Assembly (NCBI GenBank): GCA_051439505.1 | Contig: JBFRWI010000208.1 | Coordinates: 1 to 64,000 of the forward strand | Length of the DNA stretch: 64,000 nucleotides | From: Hormoscilla sp. | Lineage (GTDB): Bacteria > Cyanobacteriota > Cyanobacteriia > Cyanobacteriales > Desertifilaceae | Direction of reading: 5' to 3' | In this document: positions 11,504-21,524 of the stretch, one piece after another | Layout of the letters: each line of letters opens with the position of its first letter | How positions within the stretch are numbered: position 1 is the stretch's first letter | Program-made: the position numbers and the translations under genes | Notes under the pieces: generated by a model | The model's input: the letters and a program-made list of their open reading frames with translations, nothing else | Database searches by the model: none | Told to the model about the DNA's origin: nothing

Positions 11504-11533
11504 AAAAAAAGTCCCTGCCTGTGGACAGGGAAT
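11504..11533 (-). terminator. Rho-independent terminator of the 11563-11871 gene
   Basis: On the - strand TCCCTGTCCACAGGCAGGGAC followed by T7. Confidence 0.6.
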
Positions 11534-11562
11534 TTGTTGAGATTTGAGACAGCAAAACTCGA

Positions 11563-11871
11563 TTAGCTTGTAGCTTGGGCCGTTTGGCCTGTGGGCATGG
11601 TTGCACCAGCGGTTGCCGTTGCAGTGTCCTGTGCGGGTACTAACTCGACGTGATTGAGTAAGGTGGTGACGAAGGCAAACAGCAAAAAGGGCAGAGACAA
11701 TACCAGGATGACTCCGACGCTAGCTAATGCGTATGCAGGACGGGTGGCGCCCATCAATGCCATTGCTGCGGCCAAGCTGATCATGATCACGATTAACCAG
11801 ACGACAATTTGAGCGTAGATGTCCCCAAAGGTGAGGGTGCAGCGCAAACTATATTTTTTAACTTTCTCCAT
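11563..11871 (-). CDS. Conserved cyanobacterial two-TM hypothetical protein
   Basis: CTLTFGDIYAQIVVWL...PFLLFAFVTTLLNH. Confidence 0.8.
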   Translation of the reverse strand: MEKVKKYSLRCTLTFGDIYAQIVVWLIVIMISLAAAMALMGATRPAYALASVGVILVLSLPFLLFAFVTTLLNHVELVPAQDTATATAGATMPTGQTAQATS

Positions 11872-12121
11872 GTTCTTCTTCGCTATCTTTATTTTTATGT
11901 TACAGCTCTGACTAGATTTCGGACTGTTTCTTAATTTTTCTCAATCTTCTGTAACGATCCTTTACAATTGGGCTGCTAGATTAGCTCAGGGACCGCCAAT
12001 TGTTGAAAATTGCGGGCTTGCTAATTGCTAATTGAACAGAGTAAAGATATCTATTCATGACCAAAAAATGACTATCTAGATTAACCATTGACAATTAGCA
12101 AGCCCTTGTGCAAGGCCGAAA

Positions 12122-14398
12122 TTAAATAATTTGCCCGTCGTTGTTCAACTCCGGAAAACCTTGAAGGTCAGACCCGGGCAGTAGATCGAATGATTCTAGG
12201 AAGGCTTTAATCTCAGTGGCAGTGCTACGAGTGGCACCACGACCGATCGCATCCTTAATCAGAGCATCCCCCGTAAACCCAAACAGATAACGTATAATCG
12301 TGATGCCGTCGGTAAGAGCATCTGTTATTCCATTCCCATCCACATCTAGCATGCTGTCACGCGATCCATCCAAATAGGCAGTCATATCATCCGCATTCTT
12401 CCGCAAAGCACCCTGCCCGATCGCGCCGTCAATCAGATCGTCGCCCCTAAACCCAAACAGATAACGCATGACTAACAAACCATCTGTCAAGGCATCCATG
12501 CTCCCATTTTTGTCCATGTCCAGATTAGGCCGATCGCCTGGATTGACGATCGCGCTCACGGTAGCTGTACCTGTATTATTGAAACTGTCCTGGATAATGT
12601 AGGTAAAGCTGTCAGTACCTGTGAAACCTGGATGGGGTTGGTATACGAGCAGGTTGTCTTCAATACTGACTGTACCCTGGGCAGCACTCGTAAAAGCGAG
12701 CACTTCGATCGGGTCCCCATCGGGGTCGCTGTCGTTGTCCAATACTGCGATCGTGGCGGTGGTTCCCGACCTGAGAGTGACGCTGTCGTCAACTGCTTCA
12801 GGGGGGGAATTCAGGAAAAAAACGTTCTCTTGAATTACTTCGGTGTCAGTGTTGCGCCGGATAATGTCCGACAGACGGGTATTATTCAGTTCGGCAATTT
12901 CTGGAGGACTGAAGGTGTTTTCGTAATAAAAGCGATCGCCATCTCGCAGGCGCCCGAACTGGTCGCGGAGGATGACGGACACTGTCTCCCCTACGCTGGC
13001 TCCGGGCAGCAAATCTTCTGCTAAAATGCCGATAAAGGGATCGATGTTGTCTACGCTGCCATAGAGTGTCTCTAAAGCGGCCTGTATCTCGGAGTCAGAG
13101 GTAATTTCGGCAAAGCTAGTCACGGGAGTCAAACCGAAAGACTCCCGCACTGTATTGTAGTCTGCTAAACCGTTGTGGCGTCCCCGCTGGATGTTAATTG
13201 CTACTAAGTCCCGGGCACTGGCATTAGCACCAAAACCAAACAGCAAGCTGCGCACATCTTCAATAACTCTCGTATCCACTTTCTGGCTGCCCGAACCCGC
13301 AATTCCCCTCAAAATTGGGTCTATGCCCGTTTCTTGCACCAGGGCCCCCGATCGGAAAAAGAGTTCGGATAAGGTAAGATTACCTTCGGGAATTTCTTCA
13401 CCATTGGGATCGAGGCGAGGAATTTCTGAACTGAGTTGGGTGTGACCCAGTCGAAAGGCAGCAGTGCTAAAGGTGCGATCGATGCCAGGATTGATGCTGG
13501 GGTCATAGCCCCTGTATTCTGGCAAAGGATTTTTTCCCAATAGGGCAGGCAGATATTCATTATAGACGATCGCCTGAAGCTGAGCAACATTAATTTGGCG
13601 AGCGCGCTGGAAAAGTTCTTCGTCACTCCAGTCTGGATGGGCGGCGACCAATTCTTCAGCAAGGCGGTTATGTTCCCGGACAAACAAAGTGTGAACGGAA
13701 ACAAGTGCTGAGTTTTCGTTGGCGCGGACATCTCCAGCAACGAACAGAGTGGTAGGATCTTGTTCTGTAGGGTTATCGTTTTCGATCGTCCTGTCATTAA
13801 AAGGCAACAGGTTGCCTTCGCTAATTTTCAGCTTGCCACTCTCGAAGCTGCGCAGAAAGTGATAGCGTTCTTCGTCAGAACCGTAGATATTAGAACCGTC
13901 GATCCAAGCAGTGATTACATTAGGCAATTGTAGCGGGTTAGTGGGGTCCGTGCCAGTGCCTTCGATCAAGACAAAATCGCGCATTTCGATTACCACTTCT
14001 CCAGTCCCTTGTGGGTCTAACTGAGGGTCTCCTGGAGGCACTTCGACGCTGATGAACCGTTCTTCTGCTGCTGCTTGTTCTGCCGATAGTTCCGGAGTCA
14101 GACTGAGATCGTGGTCCAGGAATTGTCCGAAGCCCCAGATGACGTTGGTCAGTCCCCGTGGTTCTGGTATTTCCTCGGACTGATAGGAAACCTCGTTGCT
14201 GATCTGGCGGGGGTTGGGGCGGTCTGCACCTGCTGCTGTGGAAAAACCGTCACTGTAGTCCAGGGGTACGATGTTCAACAATGCCGTGTTGGCAGCACCG
14301 TACTCTGGGTTTTCCAAGTTGTTACCGACACCGTCGATCGGCGCGGCTTCAAAGTTTCCTTCCTCGAACGGATCTTTCTGAATTAAAGGGTTTTCCAT
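12122..14398 (-). CDS. Animal-type haem peroxidase with cadherin/Ig-like domain and two dockerin-like repeats
   Basis: GQFLDHD, IDGSNIYGS, GDVRANE, FRLGH and QRGRHNGL motifs; NSPPEAVDD..VLDNDSDPDGD..FTYII Ig-like domain; two LDxDxNG..DALTDG..RYLFGF repeats. Confidence 0.9.
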   Translation of the reverse strand: MENPLIQKDPFEEGNFEAAPIDGVGNNLENPEYGAANTALLNIVPLDYSDGFSTAAGADRPNPRQISNEVSYQSEEIPEPRGLTNVIWGFGQFLDHDLSLTPELSAEQAAAEERFISVEVPPGDPQLDPQGTGEVVIEMRDFVLIEGTGTDPTNPLQLPNVITAWIDGSNIYGSDEERYHFLRSFESGKLKISEGNLLPFNDRTIENDNPTEQDPTTLFVAGDVRANENSALVSVHTLFVREHNRLAEELVAAHPDWSDEELFQRARQINVAQLQAIVYNEYLPALLGKNPLPEYRGYDPSINPGIDRTFSTAAFRLGHTQLSSEIPRLDPNGEEIPEGNLTLSELFFRSGALVQETGIDPILRGIAGSGSQKVDTRVIEDVRSLLFGFGANASARDLVAINIQRGRHNGLADYNTVRESFGLTPVTSFAEITSDSEIQAALETLYGSVDNIDPFIGILAEDLLPGASVGETVSVILRDQFGRLRDGDRFYYENTFSPPEIAELNNTRLSDIIRRNTDTEVIQENVFFLNSPPEAVDDSVTLRSGTTATIAVLDNDSDPDGDPIEVLAFTSAAQGTVSIEDNLLVYQPHPGFTGTDSFTYIIQDSFNNTGTATVSAIVNPGDRPNLDMDKNGSMDALTDGLLVMRYLFGFRGDDLIDGAIGQGALRKNADDMTAYLDGSRDSMLDVDGNGITDALTDGITIIRYLFGFTGDALIKDAIGRGATRSTATEIKAFLESFDLLPGSDLQGFPELNNDGQII

Positions 14399-14849
14399 GT
14401 ATTTACCTCTTTTTCTTAGTCGGCGATGTCTGATCCCATTTGTAAAAAAGGTTGCTACAATTGTCCGGAGTGTAATTTGCTCTCTTCGCTGTCATACCGC
14501 CGGGGGTGTCCCACCTCCGGCTAATAGCTAAAGGAAGGTTTTGACCGACTAATAAATAACGATCGAAATAATTGTAGCATTTTTTTGACAACATGCTATT
14601 AGTTCACACTCTATCGTATTCATAGACTATATCCTACCACAAAAACATGGCTCGTCATGGTGCCCCCACTACCGGGTTGGGTTGAGGCACGAAACCCAAG
14701 CTATGCTTGGCAATTCTAGGTTAATGCTATTGTCAATATAGGCGATCGCCCATCACCGACCATTTATAATATAATTGTTAAGAAACCGCAGGCCCGATCG
14801 ACTTTACTCTACAATTGGGAATGAAGAGCTAGATCACCAAGAGGCCATT

Positions 14850-15059
14850 ATGGCTTATGTATGCGCGATCGGTACGAACGCCTTATCTATGTCCCCCATG
14901 CAACCAATGGAACCGATGAAACCGATGGAACCGATGAAACCGATGAAACCTATAAAACCTATGAATATGAAAGGTATGCAGATGAATATGAACCCGATGG
15001 AAATGGGATGGGAGGAAAAAGGCAATGAACTCGGTTTGCGAGTCCGGAATATCCGCTAA
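14850..15059 (+). pseudogene. Internally deleted remnant of a Met/Pro-rich cyanobacterial protein; contains 9-nt tandem repeats
   Basis: MAYVC start joined directly to PMQPMEPMKPMEPMKPMKP (CCGATGGAA/CCGATGAAA units) and MQMNMNPMEM. Confidence 0.5.
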
Positions 15060-15124
15060 TATGGGATTTAAGACGAGTGTGGGTGGCACAAAGCCATCGC
15101 AGCAGATGAGAGAACAGGTTGGAT

Positions 15125-16228
15125 ATGCTAAAAACATTGAACATAGAAAACTTTCGCGGATTCAAATCATTAGAACTTCAGCATCTCGGAAGAGTAAACT
15201 TGCTGGTGGGGGCAAATAATAGCGGCAAAACTTCGATTTTAGAAGCAATACAAATCCTCTGCTCCCGCACGGATATGGGTTCAATTCAGCGGTTAATGAC
15301 TTACCGAGGAGAGTATTGGTGGACTGAGACAGACAGTAGGAAAAATGGCGCTTTGGAATTGGACATTCGTCACCTTTTCCACGGACAGGATACCGCACCA
15401 GGCAGGGAATTCTCGATAGTGGGAGTGCATGGCAACCATCAGGAGAAGCTGGTGGCATCAATTCATGCCATAGAACAGTCCGAACCAGTAAACTGGGATG
15501 AAGATAGAGACTTAGGAGAACTAAATTTGGTTGTTAAGTGGACTGGACAAGAATTGGAAGAAGATATCAAGCTGCCTTTATCACTTCGTGCAGGTCTTTC
15601 TACCAATTATATCCGCAATTTGCGTAAACATGGCAGCTTTACGAAGACGCAATTATTAACCCCGTTTGCCTTGGAAGTAGCGGATCTTATTGCTATGTTC
15701 GATCGGGTTGTCTTGACCCCTGAAGAGGGGGTTGTCATCGAGGCGCTTCAGGCGATCGAACCCACAATTGAGCGCATCGCTTCAGTCGGTCCCGATCAAT
15801 CTCGGTATAGCACTAGGGAACGGAGAGAACGGGGTGGGTTTTTGGTAAGATTGTCCGATCGCAACCAACCCATACCGATCGGTAGCATGGGAGATGGGGT
15901 CTGGCGGATGCTAGGACTCGTGCTGGCGATCCTATGCACCCAAGGAGGAGTATTATTGGTTGACGAGATCGACAGTGGACTTCACTTCACTACTATGTCT
16001 GATATGTGGAGAGTCATCTGGGAAATAGCTACAAAACTGGACGTTCAGGTTTTCGCGACTACCCATAACAGTGACTGCTGGACCAGTTTAGCTAGCATTG
16101 TTAGCAATGAAAAGGTAGATATGCATGGCATTACTATTCAACGAATAGAGAAAGGTAAGACAACTGGGGTAGTCTTTAATGAACGGGAAATCGCCATTGC
16201 TGCCGAACGTGGTATAGAGGTGCGTTAA
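15125..16228 (+). CDS. ABC-type AAA_15/AAA_21 ATPase
   Basis: IENFRGF, Walker A GANNSGKT, SMGDG, LLVDEIDSGLH and FATTHN motifs. Confidence 0.9.
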   Translation: MLKTLNIENFRGFKSLELQHLGRVNLLVGANNSGKTSILEAIQILCSRTDMGSIQRLMTYRGEYWWTETDSRKNGALELDIRHLFHGQDTAPGREFSIVGVHGNHQEKLVASIHAIEQSEPVNWDEDRDLGELNLVVKWTGQELEEDIKLPLSLRAGLSTNYIRNLRKHGSFTKTQLLTPFALEVADLIAMFDRVVLTPEEGVVIEALQAIEPTIERIASVGPDQSRYSTRERRERGGFLVRLSDRNQPIPIGSMGDGVWRMLGLVLAILCTQGGVLLVDEIDSGLHFTTMSDMWRVIWEIATKLDVQVFATTHNSDCWTSLASIVSNEKVDMHGITIQRIEKGKTTGVVFNEREIAIAAERGIEVR

Positions 16229-16232
16229 TTAT

Positions 16233-16384
16233 ATGACAGGTCTGCACAAAAAGAAGCTCTTAGTAGAAGGTGACTCTGATAAGCGAGTCATACCAGTATT
16301 GATTGAAGCTAATGGCATTCCTTGGGGAGAAAAAAAGGTTTGGCTGCGATCGGGGAAACTACGGCGGACTGTGTCGGGATCTTG
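16233..16384 (+). pseudogene. Truncated DUF3226/TOPRIM-like partner of the ATPase
   Basis: MTGLHKKKLLVEGDSDKRVIPVLIEANGIPWGEKK, then unrelated sequence and an early stop. Confidence 0.65.
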
Positions 16385-16613
16385 AGATTCTTGGCACGGG
16401 GCCTATCCATCAGTAGCCCAGAAACCCGGTTTTTGGGAAAAACCGGGTTTCTTAATTTAATGTTAGGGGGGGCGATCGCCTGTTTTGGGTGTATACTATA
16501 GATACCCACTTTAGGAAGGTTATTAGTCGGTTTTAACCGACTTTAGCTATGACGCGGGGGTGGGATACCCCCGGCGGGCTAAAAGCGTAGTACTAATTAC
16601 ACGGGACACATTG

Positions 16614-17513
16614 ATGCTGCAACCAGGCACATTATGGCAAAAGATAACTGAACGCACCGCCCATGCACTCGCCTGCGGTGCCCTCCAACCCATTCCCACA
16701 GAATGCGAGTTGGTGGAAGACTCTGGTATTCGCTTTTTAGTGCGGATCTTGTCCAACCTCGCCCGCAAGGATGCTGCCAAAAAGCAGCAAGACAAGAAAA
16801 CAGCTAGTTCGGGTAAGGAATTTAACCCCTTCCTTCCCTACGAGGAGGATCTGTTTGTTGCTGACATTTCCGAGACTCACCTATGTCTGTTAAACAAATA
16901 TAATGTTGTCGATAGTCATATACTGATCGTCACCCGATCTTTTGAAGAACAGGAAACTTGGCTTACGGAGCAAGATTTTCAGGCGATGTGGGCTTGCATG
17001 GCTGAATTTTCAGGCTTGGCATTTTATAATGGTGGGAAAATTGCAGGTGCCAGTCAGCGACACAAGCATTTGCAAATTGTCCCCCTCCCCCTCGGTGACG
17101 GACCCCAGACTCCTATCCATGAGGCGATCGCATCGGCAACATTTGACGATCCTGTGGGCAGGACCGCAAGCTTTCCTTTCCGACATGCGATCGCCCGTTT
17201 CGACCCCGACTTAGTAAAATCTCCCCAAGAGGCTAGTAAATTTACCCGGGACTGCTATCATAAACTGTTAGCTGCTGTAGGATTAGAGGTAACTGGCAAC
17301 AGGCAATCCGGTGCCTACAATCTCCTCGCTACCAGGGAATGGATGCTACTCGTCCCCCGATCGCGGGAAGATTTCCAATCAATATCAGTTAACTCCCTGG
17401 GATTTGCCGGGGCCCTGTTGGTCCGCAACCAGCTGCAAATGCAGATTCTCAAAGATTGCGGTCCCATGACCATCCTCAGCACAGTAGCCCCGCCCCCAAT
17501 ACTTCTCGGTTAA
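16614..17513 (+). CDS. ATP adenylyltransferase (Ap4A phosphorylase II-like)
   Basis: NPFLPYEEDL, LLNKYNVV, GASQRHKHLQ and NSLGFAG motifs. Confidence 0.92.
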   Translation: MLQPGTLWQKITERTAHALACGALQPIPTECELVEDSGIRFLVRILSNLARKDAAKKQQDKKTASSGKEFNPFLPYEEDLFVADISETHLCLLNKYNVVDSHILIVTRSFEEQETWLTEQDFQAMWACMAEFSGLAFYNGGKIAGASQRHKHLQIVPLPLGDGPQTPIHEAIASATFDDPVGRTASFPFRHAIARFDPDLVKSPQEASKFTRDCYHKLLAAVGLEVTGNRQSGAYNLLATREWMLLVPRSREDFQSISVNSLGFAGALLVRNQLQMQILKDCGPMTILSTVAPPPILLG

Positions 17514-17519
17514 CAACCT

Positions 17520-17696
17520 GTCATTGCGAGGGGGAAGCAAAAATAGACATTTTAGGGCTCTCCGCCGAGATCCCCCCGAAGCAATCTCACCGACGACGCC
17601 GAAGTACTCTTAATCTCATACAGGACGGGGATTGCTTCGGGGGGGTTAACTCAATTGAGCATAAGTTATCGCTACGTACCCCCCCTCGCAATGACA
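17520..17696. repeat. REP-like composite family E
   Basis: GTCATTGCGAGGGGG...CCCCCTCGCAATGAC; related to 7296-7505. Confidence 0.8.
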
Positions 17697-17798
17697 AATA
17701 AAATGTTTAGCCGAGAAGTATTTGCACCGCCCCCATGACAGCCTTTGTGTATTAGAATATTAAGAAAAGTAAACAACTCAGCCAACAACTAGACAATT

Positions 17799-18458
17799 AT
17801 GGCCCTATTTGGACTCGGTCAGAAAAAACTCACCCTTCCCACTCCCGAAACCGCCTTGCCAGGACGGACAGCGACTATGCCCGTCCCCTCTCAACATCAT
17901 GTCAACGGCAACCCCCTCAAACCTCCCTATCCCGATGGACTGGAAATGGCAATGTTTGGTTTGGGCTGTTTCTGGGGCGCGGAACGCAAATTCTGGCAAC
18001 AAGAAGGGGTTTTCACCACCGCAGTGGGTTACGCAGCAGGGGTAACTCCCAACCCTACCTATAGGGAAGTCTGTAGCGGCATGACGGGTCACAATGAAGT
18101 AGTGCGCGTAGTGTTCGACCCCAAAGTCATCAGTTACGAAACCCTGCTGCAAGTCTTCTGGGAAAGTCACGACCCCACCCAAGGAATGCGCCAGGGCAAT
18201 GACACCGGCACCCAGTATCGATCGGGCATTTACGTTTATTCCGATGCCCAAAAGAAACTCGCCGAAACCTCACGAGACATTTATCAGCAAGCCCTGAGCA
18301 AGGCAGGTAAGGGTAAAATCACAACAGAGATTATTGAGGCACCCGAATTCTACTACGCGGAGGACTACCATCAGCAGTACCTGGCCAAAAACCCCAATGG
18401 TTATTGCGGTCTGGGTGGCACTAAAGTTAGTTTCCCGGCAATGGCGCTTCAGTCGTAG
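17799..18458 (+). CDS. msrA: Peptide methionine sulfoxide reductase A
   Basis: [16 protein letters not shown] and [10 protein letters not shown] motifs. Confidence 0.97.
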   Translation: MALFGLGQKKLTLPTPETALPGRTATMPVPSQHHVNGNPLKPPYPDGLEMAMFGLGCFWGAERKFWQQEGVFTTAVGYAAGVTPNPTYREVCSGMTGHNEVVRVVFDPKVISYETLLQVFWESHDPTQGMRQGNDTGTQYRSGIYVYSDAQKKLAETSRDIYQQALSKAGKGKITTEIIEAPEFYYAEDYHQQYLAKNPNGYCGLGGTKVSFPAMALQS

Positions 18459-18475
18459 GGTGGGCACCGCCCACC
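18455..18475. repeat. GTAG-type REP family B (GTAGGGTGGGCACCGCCCACC)
   Basis: Copies at 22075-22095, ~29523-29543, ~38593-38613, ~43131-43152. Confidence 0.8.
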
Positions 18476-18603
18476 ATTGTCTTGGTCTTTGACCGATATT
18501 TACCCAAGAAACCCGGTTTCTCAGCCCCACGCGATCGCCTAAAGAAACCGGGTTTCTACGAATCTTCGTCTTTAACCGATAATTGACAATTGTCAATTCA
18601 CCA

Positions 18604-19185
18604 TTACCCAGCTTTTGCCTCACCCAGCTTCCAAGTCAGACTAGAAATCACATTAATGATCACGTGAGCGACGATCGGGACCAATAAATTGCCAGTTTCT
18701 AAGGCAGCATATCCCAGCACCAACCCCACTGCCGTCGCCCAAATCACATAAGGCCATCGTTCCATGCCGCTAAAGTGCAATACCCCAAAGCAGACACTCG
18801 ATACAGTTAAACCTACAACATTCAACCCGAAAGCTGGCAGGATCACCCCTCTAAAGAGCAATTCCTCACTCAATCCCGGTAATAATCCTAGCCAAATAAA
18901 ATCAACATAGAATAAAGGTTCCAGCACCAATCTTAAATATAAATCAGCACTTTCCCGGTAAGCGGGCCAGATTCTATAAACGATCGCACTTGCCCCGGTC
19001 ACGCCCAGTCCCACTCCCGCACCCAAGAGCAAAAATTCCGGTTTCCAGAACAGCGGCAGTTGCGGCACCGGATCGAAGTGTAGCCACACCTTTGCCACTA
19101 TCAGCAATAGCACTGCTGTTACCCCCATCGCAATCAAAACTTGCGGGCGCGTCATGGGTTCTAATTCTGGATTCTCATTTGTCAT
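18604..19185 (-). CDS. CPBP (Abi/CAAX) family intramembrane metalloprotease
   Basis: GLSEELLFRG, FGVLH and AHVIIN motifs. Confidence 0.9.
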   Translation of the reverse strand: MTNENPELEPMTRPQVLIAMGVTAVLLLIVAKVWLHFDPVPQLPLFWKPEFLLLGAGVGLGVTGASAIVYRIWPAYRESADLYLRLVLEPLFYVDFIWLGLLPGLSEELLFRGVILPAFGLNVVGLTVSSVCFGVLHFSGMERWPYVIWATAVGLVLGYAALETGNLLVPIVAHVIINVISSLTWKLGEAKAG

Positions 19186-19213
19186 TTGTCAGTTGTTATT
19201 TGTTAGCTGTCGG

Positions 19214-20293
19214 CTATTTATCGCTAATGGTCGATAAACAATTTAATGATGATATGCTCGGGCTAAGGGCATCAGGACTAATGCCTGCCCGATCGGCCAC
19301 CAAGACGCCCAATGCCTCTAAATACGATTGTACCTGCAAAGCCTTGATTCCGATCGCATCTGGGGGCACATTCATCCGAGTTACATTATCTGCCACCGCG
19401 ATAATTTTGGCGGGAGACTGACTCAAACTGAGCAGGCCACTACCGCCGCAAGCAGTTGCTGGCACTACCACTGCATCTACTTGCTCTGCCCAAATATCTC
19501 CTGGTTGGGGCAATTCATCAGTACCCTTAACTACAAATTGGGGGGCGCGACTCAGTCCCACTAACACGCAGGGTAAGAAAGTATAGCCCAATTCTTCGGC
19601 GGCGCAGCGAGGGGACAGTTGCGGATCTAGGGGCAACGGCAATAGTGCTGGTGCATGGGCACAGGGAATTTGGAATTCCCGCACCACCAGGTGACTTATT
19701 ACTGCTTCCGCACCCGCGATCGGGTCCACTCCCCGTCCGTGGCGATAGTTTTGCAACTCATCGCTTTCCGTATCGTCCGGGAACCGGGCCACCACCGCGA
19801 TCGCCTCTGCTTGGGCCTTCGATATCAGTAATTCTGCGGCCCGCAACAGACTATCGGGATTGGCAATTGTCCCCCAACTAGCACCGGTGGTCGAGCTGCG
19901 CAATTCCACCTGTAACGGTGCGTCCGTCACCACATAGTCCGTCAGAGACAGACCCAAAGTTGCTCTCGTAGCGTCCGCTGCTTGCAGGTGCCGCAGGCGC
20001 AGATCCGGTTCTATCCCCCCATCGAGAATCAAACCCACCCGGTTCTGATGTACCGGTCGCAGTCCGTAGCATCCTGCCGCAAATTTGTCAAGACCATAGC
20101 CTTCCACATAGAAGGCATTAGGTAAATTCCAGTACAGTTGGGCACCATTGAGCACGTTCGGGTGGGTAATCAGGCGATCGCAGATTTGGGCGATCGCGCG
20201 AGCGACGGGCATTGCATCTCCAGCATAGCCACCAATTGCGGCCCCCACACCCGTGGGGACGATCAACACCACAGTGTAAGGACGCTTGTTCAC
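19214..20293 (-). CDS. DUF3326 domain protein
   Basis: IVPTGVGAAIGGYAGDA, HPNVLNG and AAEELGYTFLPCV motifs. Confidence 0.9.
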   Translation of the reverse strand: MNKRPYTVVLIVPTGVGAAIGGYAGDAMPVARAIAQICDRLITHPNVLNGAQLYWNLPNAFYVEGYGLDKFAAGCYGLRPVHQNRVGLILDGGIEPDLRLRHLQAADATRATLGLSLTDYVVTDAPLQVELRSSTTGASWGTIANPDSLLRAAELLISKAQAEAIAVVARFPDDTESDELQNYRHGRGVDPIAGAEAVISHLVVREFQIPCAHAPALLPLPLDPQLSPRCAAEELGYTFLPCVLVGLSRAPQFVVKGTDELPQPGDIWAEQVDAVVVPATACGGSGLLSLSQSPAKIIAVADNVTRMNVPPDAIGIKALQVQSYLEALGVLVADRAGISPDALSPSISSLNCLSTISDK

Positions 20294-20487
20294 TTTGATA
20301 CAGCAGACTGCTGAGATGCTACCGTGACAATAGCCTCAACCTGGGCTGTTTGCCCTTCGGTGTCAACGCTAGTAACTGCCCAGCGTAGGGGTTCGCCCCG
20401 GCGCTGCAACTCTGCTTCAATTTCTTGATGCAGTTCGGATGGAGTTGCTTGCAAATCAATCTCTGCCGTGATAAAATGGGTTGTCAT
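20290..20487 (-). CDS. Small conserved hypothetical protein
   Basis: MTTHFITAEIDL...GEPLRWAVT; lies between the ferredoxin and DUF3326 genes. Confidence 0.75.
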   Translation of the reverse strand: MTTHFITAEIDLQATPSELHQEIEAELQRRGEPLRWAVTSVDTEGQTAQVEAIVTVASQQSAVSK

Positions 20488-20520
20488 CGGGTAATTCTCA
20501 CGAATAATATTTTCCAAGGG

Positions 20521-20844
20521 CTACTTTTCCGGACGACCAAACTGGCGCTCGTACACATCATCTTCCTTTTCGGTGATCGCTTTCAGGTCCGATCGGGGGT
20601 ATGATACGCAGAGCAAGGCATAACCTTCCTTTTGCAAATCTGGACTGAGTCCCATACCCTCACTTTGATCGACAGTTCCTGACTCTAGCATGGCAGCACA
20701 GGTAGTACAAACACCAGCATTACAGGCGTTGGGCAACTCCAGTCCTGCCTCCTCAGCAACTTCTAGGATCTTCCGATCCTCTGGTACTTGCAGGGTATGG
20801 GTATTGCCTTGGTGGTTAATTTCGACAGTATAAGTCTGAGGCAT
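20521..20844 (-). CDS. Plant-type [2Fe-2S] ferredoxin
   Basis: CNAGVCTTC...LLCVSYPRSD. Confidence 0.95.
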   Translation of the reverse strand: MPQTYTVEINHQGNTHTLQVPEDRKILEVAEEAGLELPNACNAGVCTTCAAMLESGTVDQSEGMGLSPDLQKEGYALLCVSYPRSDLKAITEKEDDVYERQFGRPEK

Positions 20845-21034
20845 AACTTGGTCTAGTGGGCAACTGCCTGTTACAAAACTACATCTGCTTATTTTTTCAC
20901 GACGCCTGAGAAAATTCCTAGTTAAAGGATTTATTTAAGAATTTACCCCCTCCAACTGCGCGGGCTATATACATTTATCATTTGTGTACCCAGCTTAAGC
21001 TATCAACTACTTATGACCACAACCCCTTATTGAT

Positions 21035-21178
21035 GGCGATCGCCACCTACACCGCACCGGTGTATACAGGCTCCTTCGGTGCCAGGTTATCGCTGCGTGG
21101 TCCCTGAGCGTGAGCCGAAGGGAGGTTATTACTCGCAGTCGCCACCTGCATGAACCGGCGTTGGTAGGAGGAGCCGCC
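21035..21178 (+). ncRNA. Candidate structured ncRNA of unknown family; strand tentative
   Basis: Long-range pairings GGCG/CGCC, CCTAC/GTAGG, CCGGT/ACCGG, CAGG/CCTG and inner CTCCTTCGGT/GCCGAAGGGAG. Confidence 0.5.
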
Positions 21179-21226
21179 CGACAAGAGCGCATCACTGTAC
21201 CAACTGGTACATCTATACTTCCCTTA

Positions 21227-21291
21227 GCAATTAGCACTTCGCACTTAGCAATTAGCAATTAGCAATTAGCAATGAGCAATTAGCAATAAGC
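21227..21291. repeat. Heptamer tandem repeat (AATTAGC)n, STRR-like
   Basis: Read directly; related arrays at 59421-59482 (TAATGGC) and 63841-63871 (CTAATTG). Confidence 0.85.
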
Positions 21292-21338
21292 AAAACCTAC
21301 AACAAAACCCCTGTAATGGATACAAGGGCCAATGGGTT

Positions 21339-21524
21339 AGGTTTACCGCAGTGCCGTCTTACCTCAGTTTTTGACCTGGTTGCACCAGGTGGGTACCCAG
21401 GTTCGATAGCTTTCGTGTCCGGTTACTGGCCGGCATACTGCCGCTAGAACTACACGGGTTCCCGTTATCTCAAGGCATAGATCATAAAACTTTATTGGCA
21501 GTCACCAACACCGCAGTAGAACCT
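21339..21524 (-). ncRNA. ssrS: 6S RNA
   Basis: ~186 nt; closing stem AGGTTCTACTGCGGTGTTG / CGGCACTGCGGTAAACCT; ACCTGGTGCAACCAGGT hairpin; lies downstream of purK, a known cyanobacterial arrangement. Confidence 0.85.
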
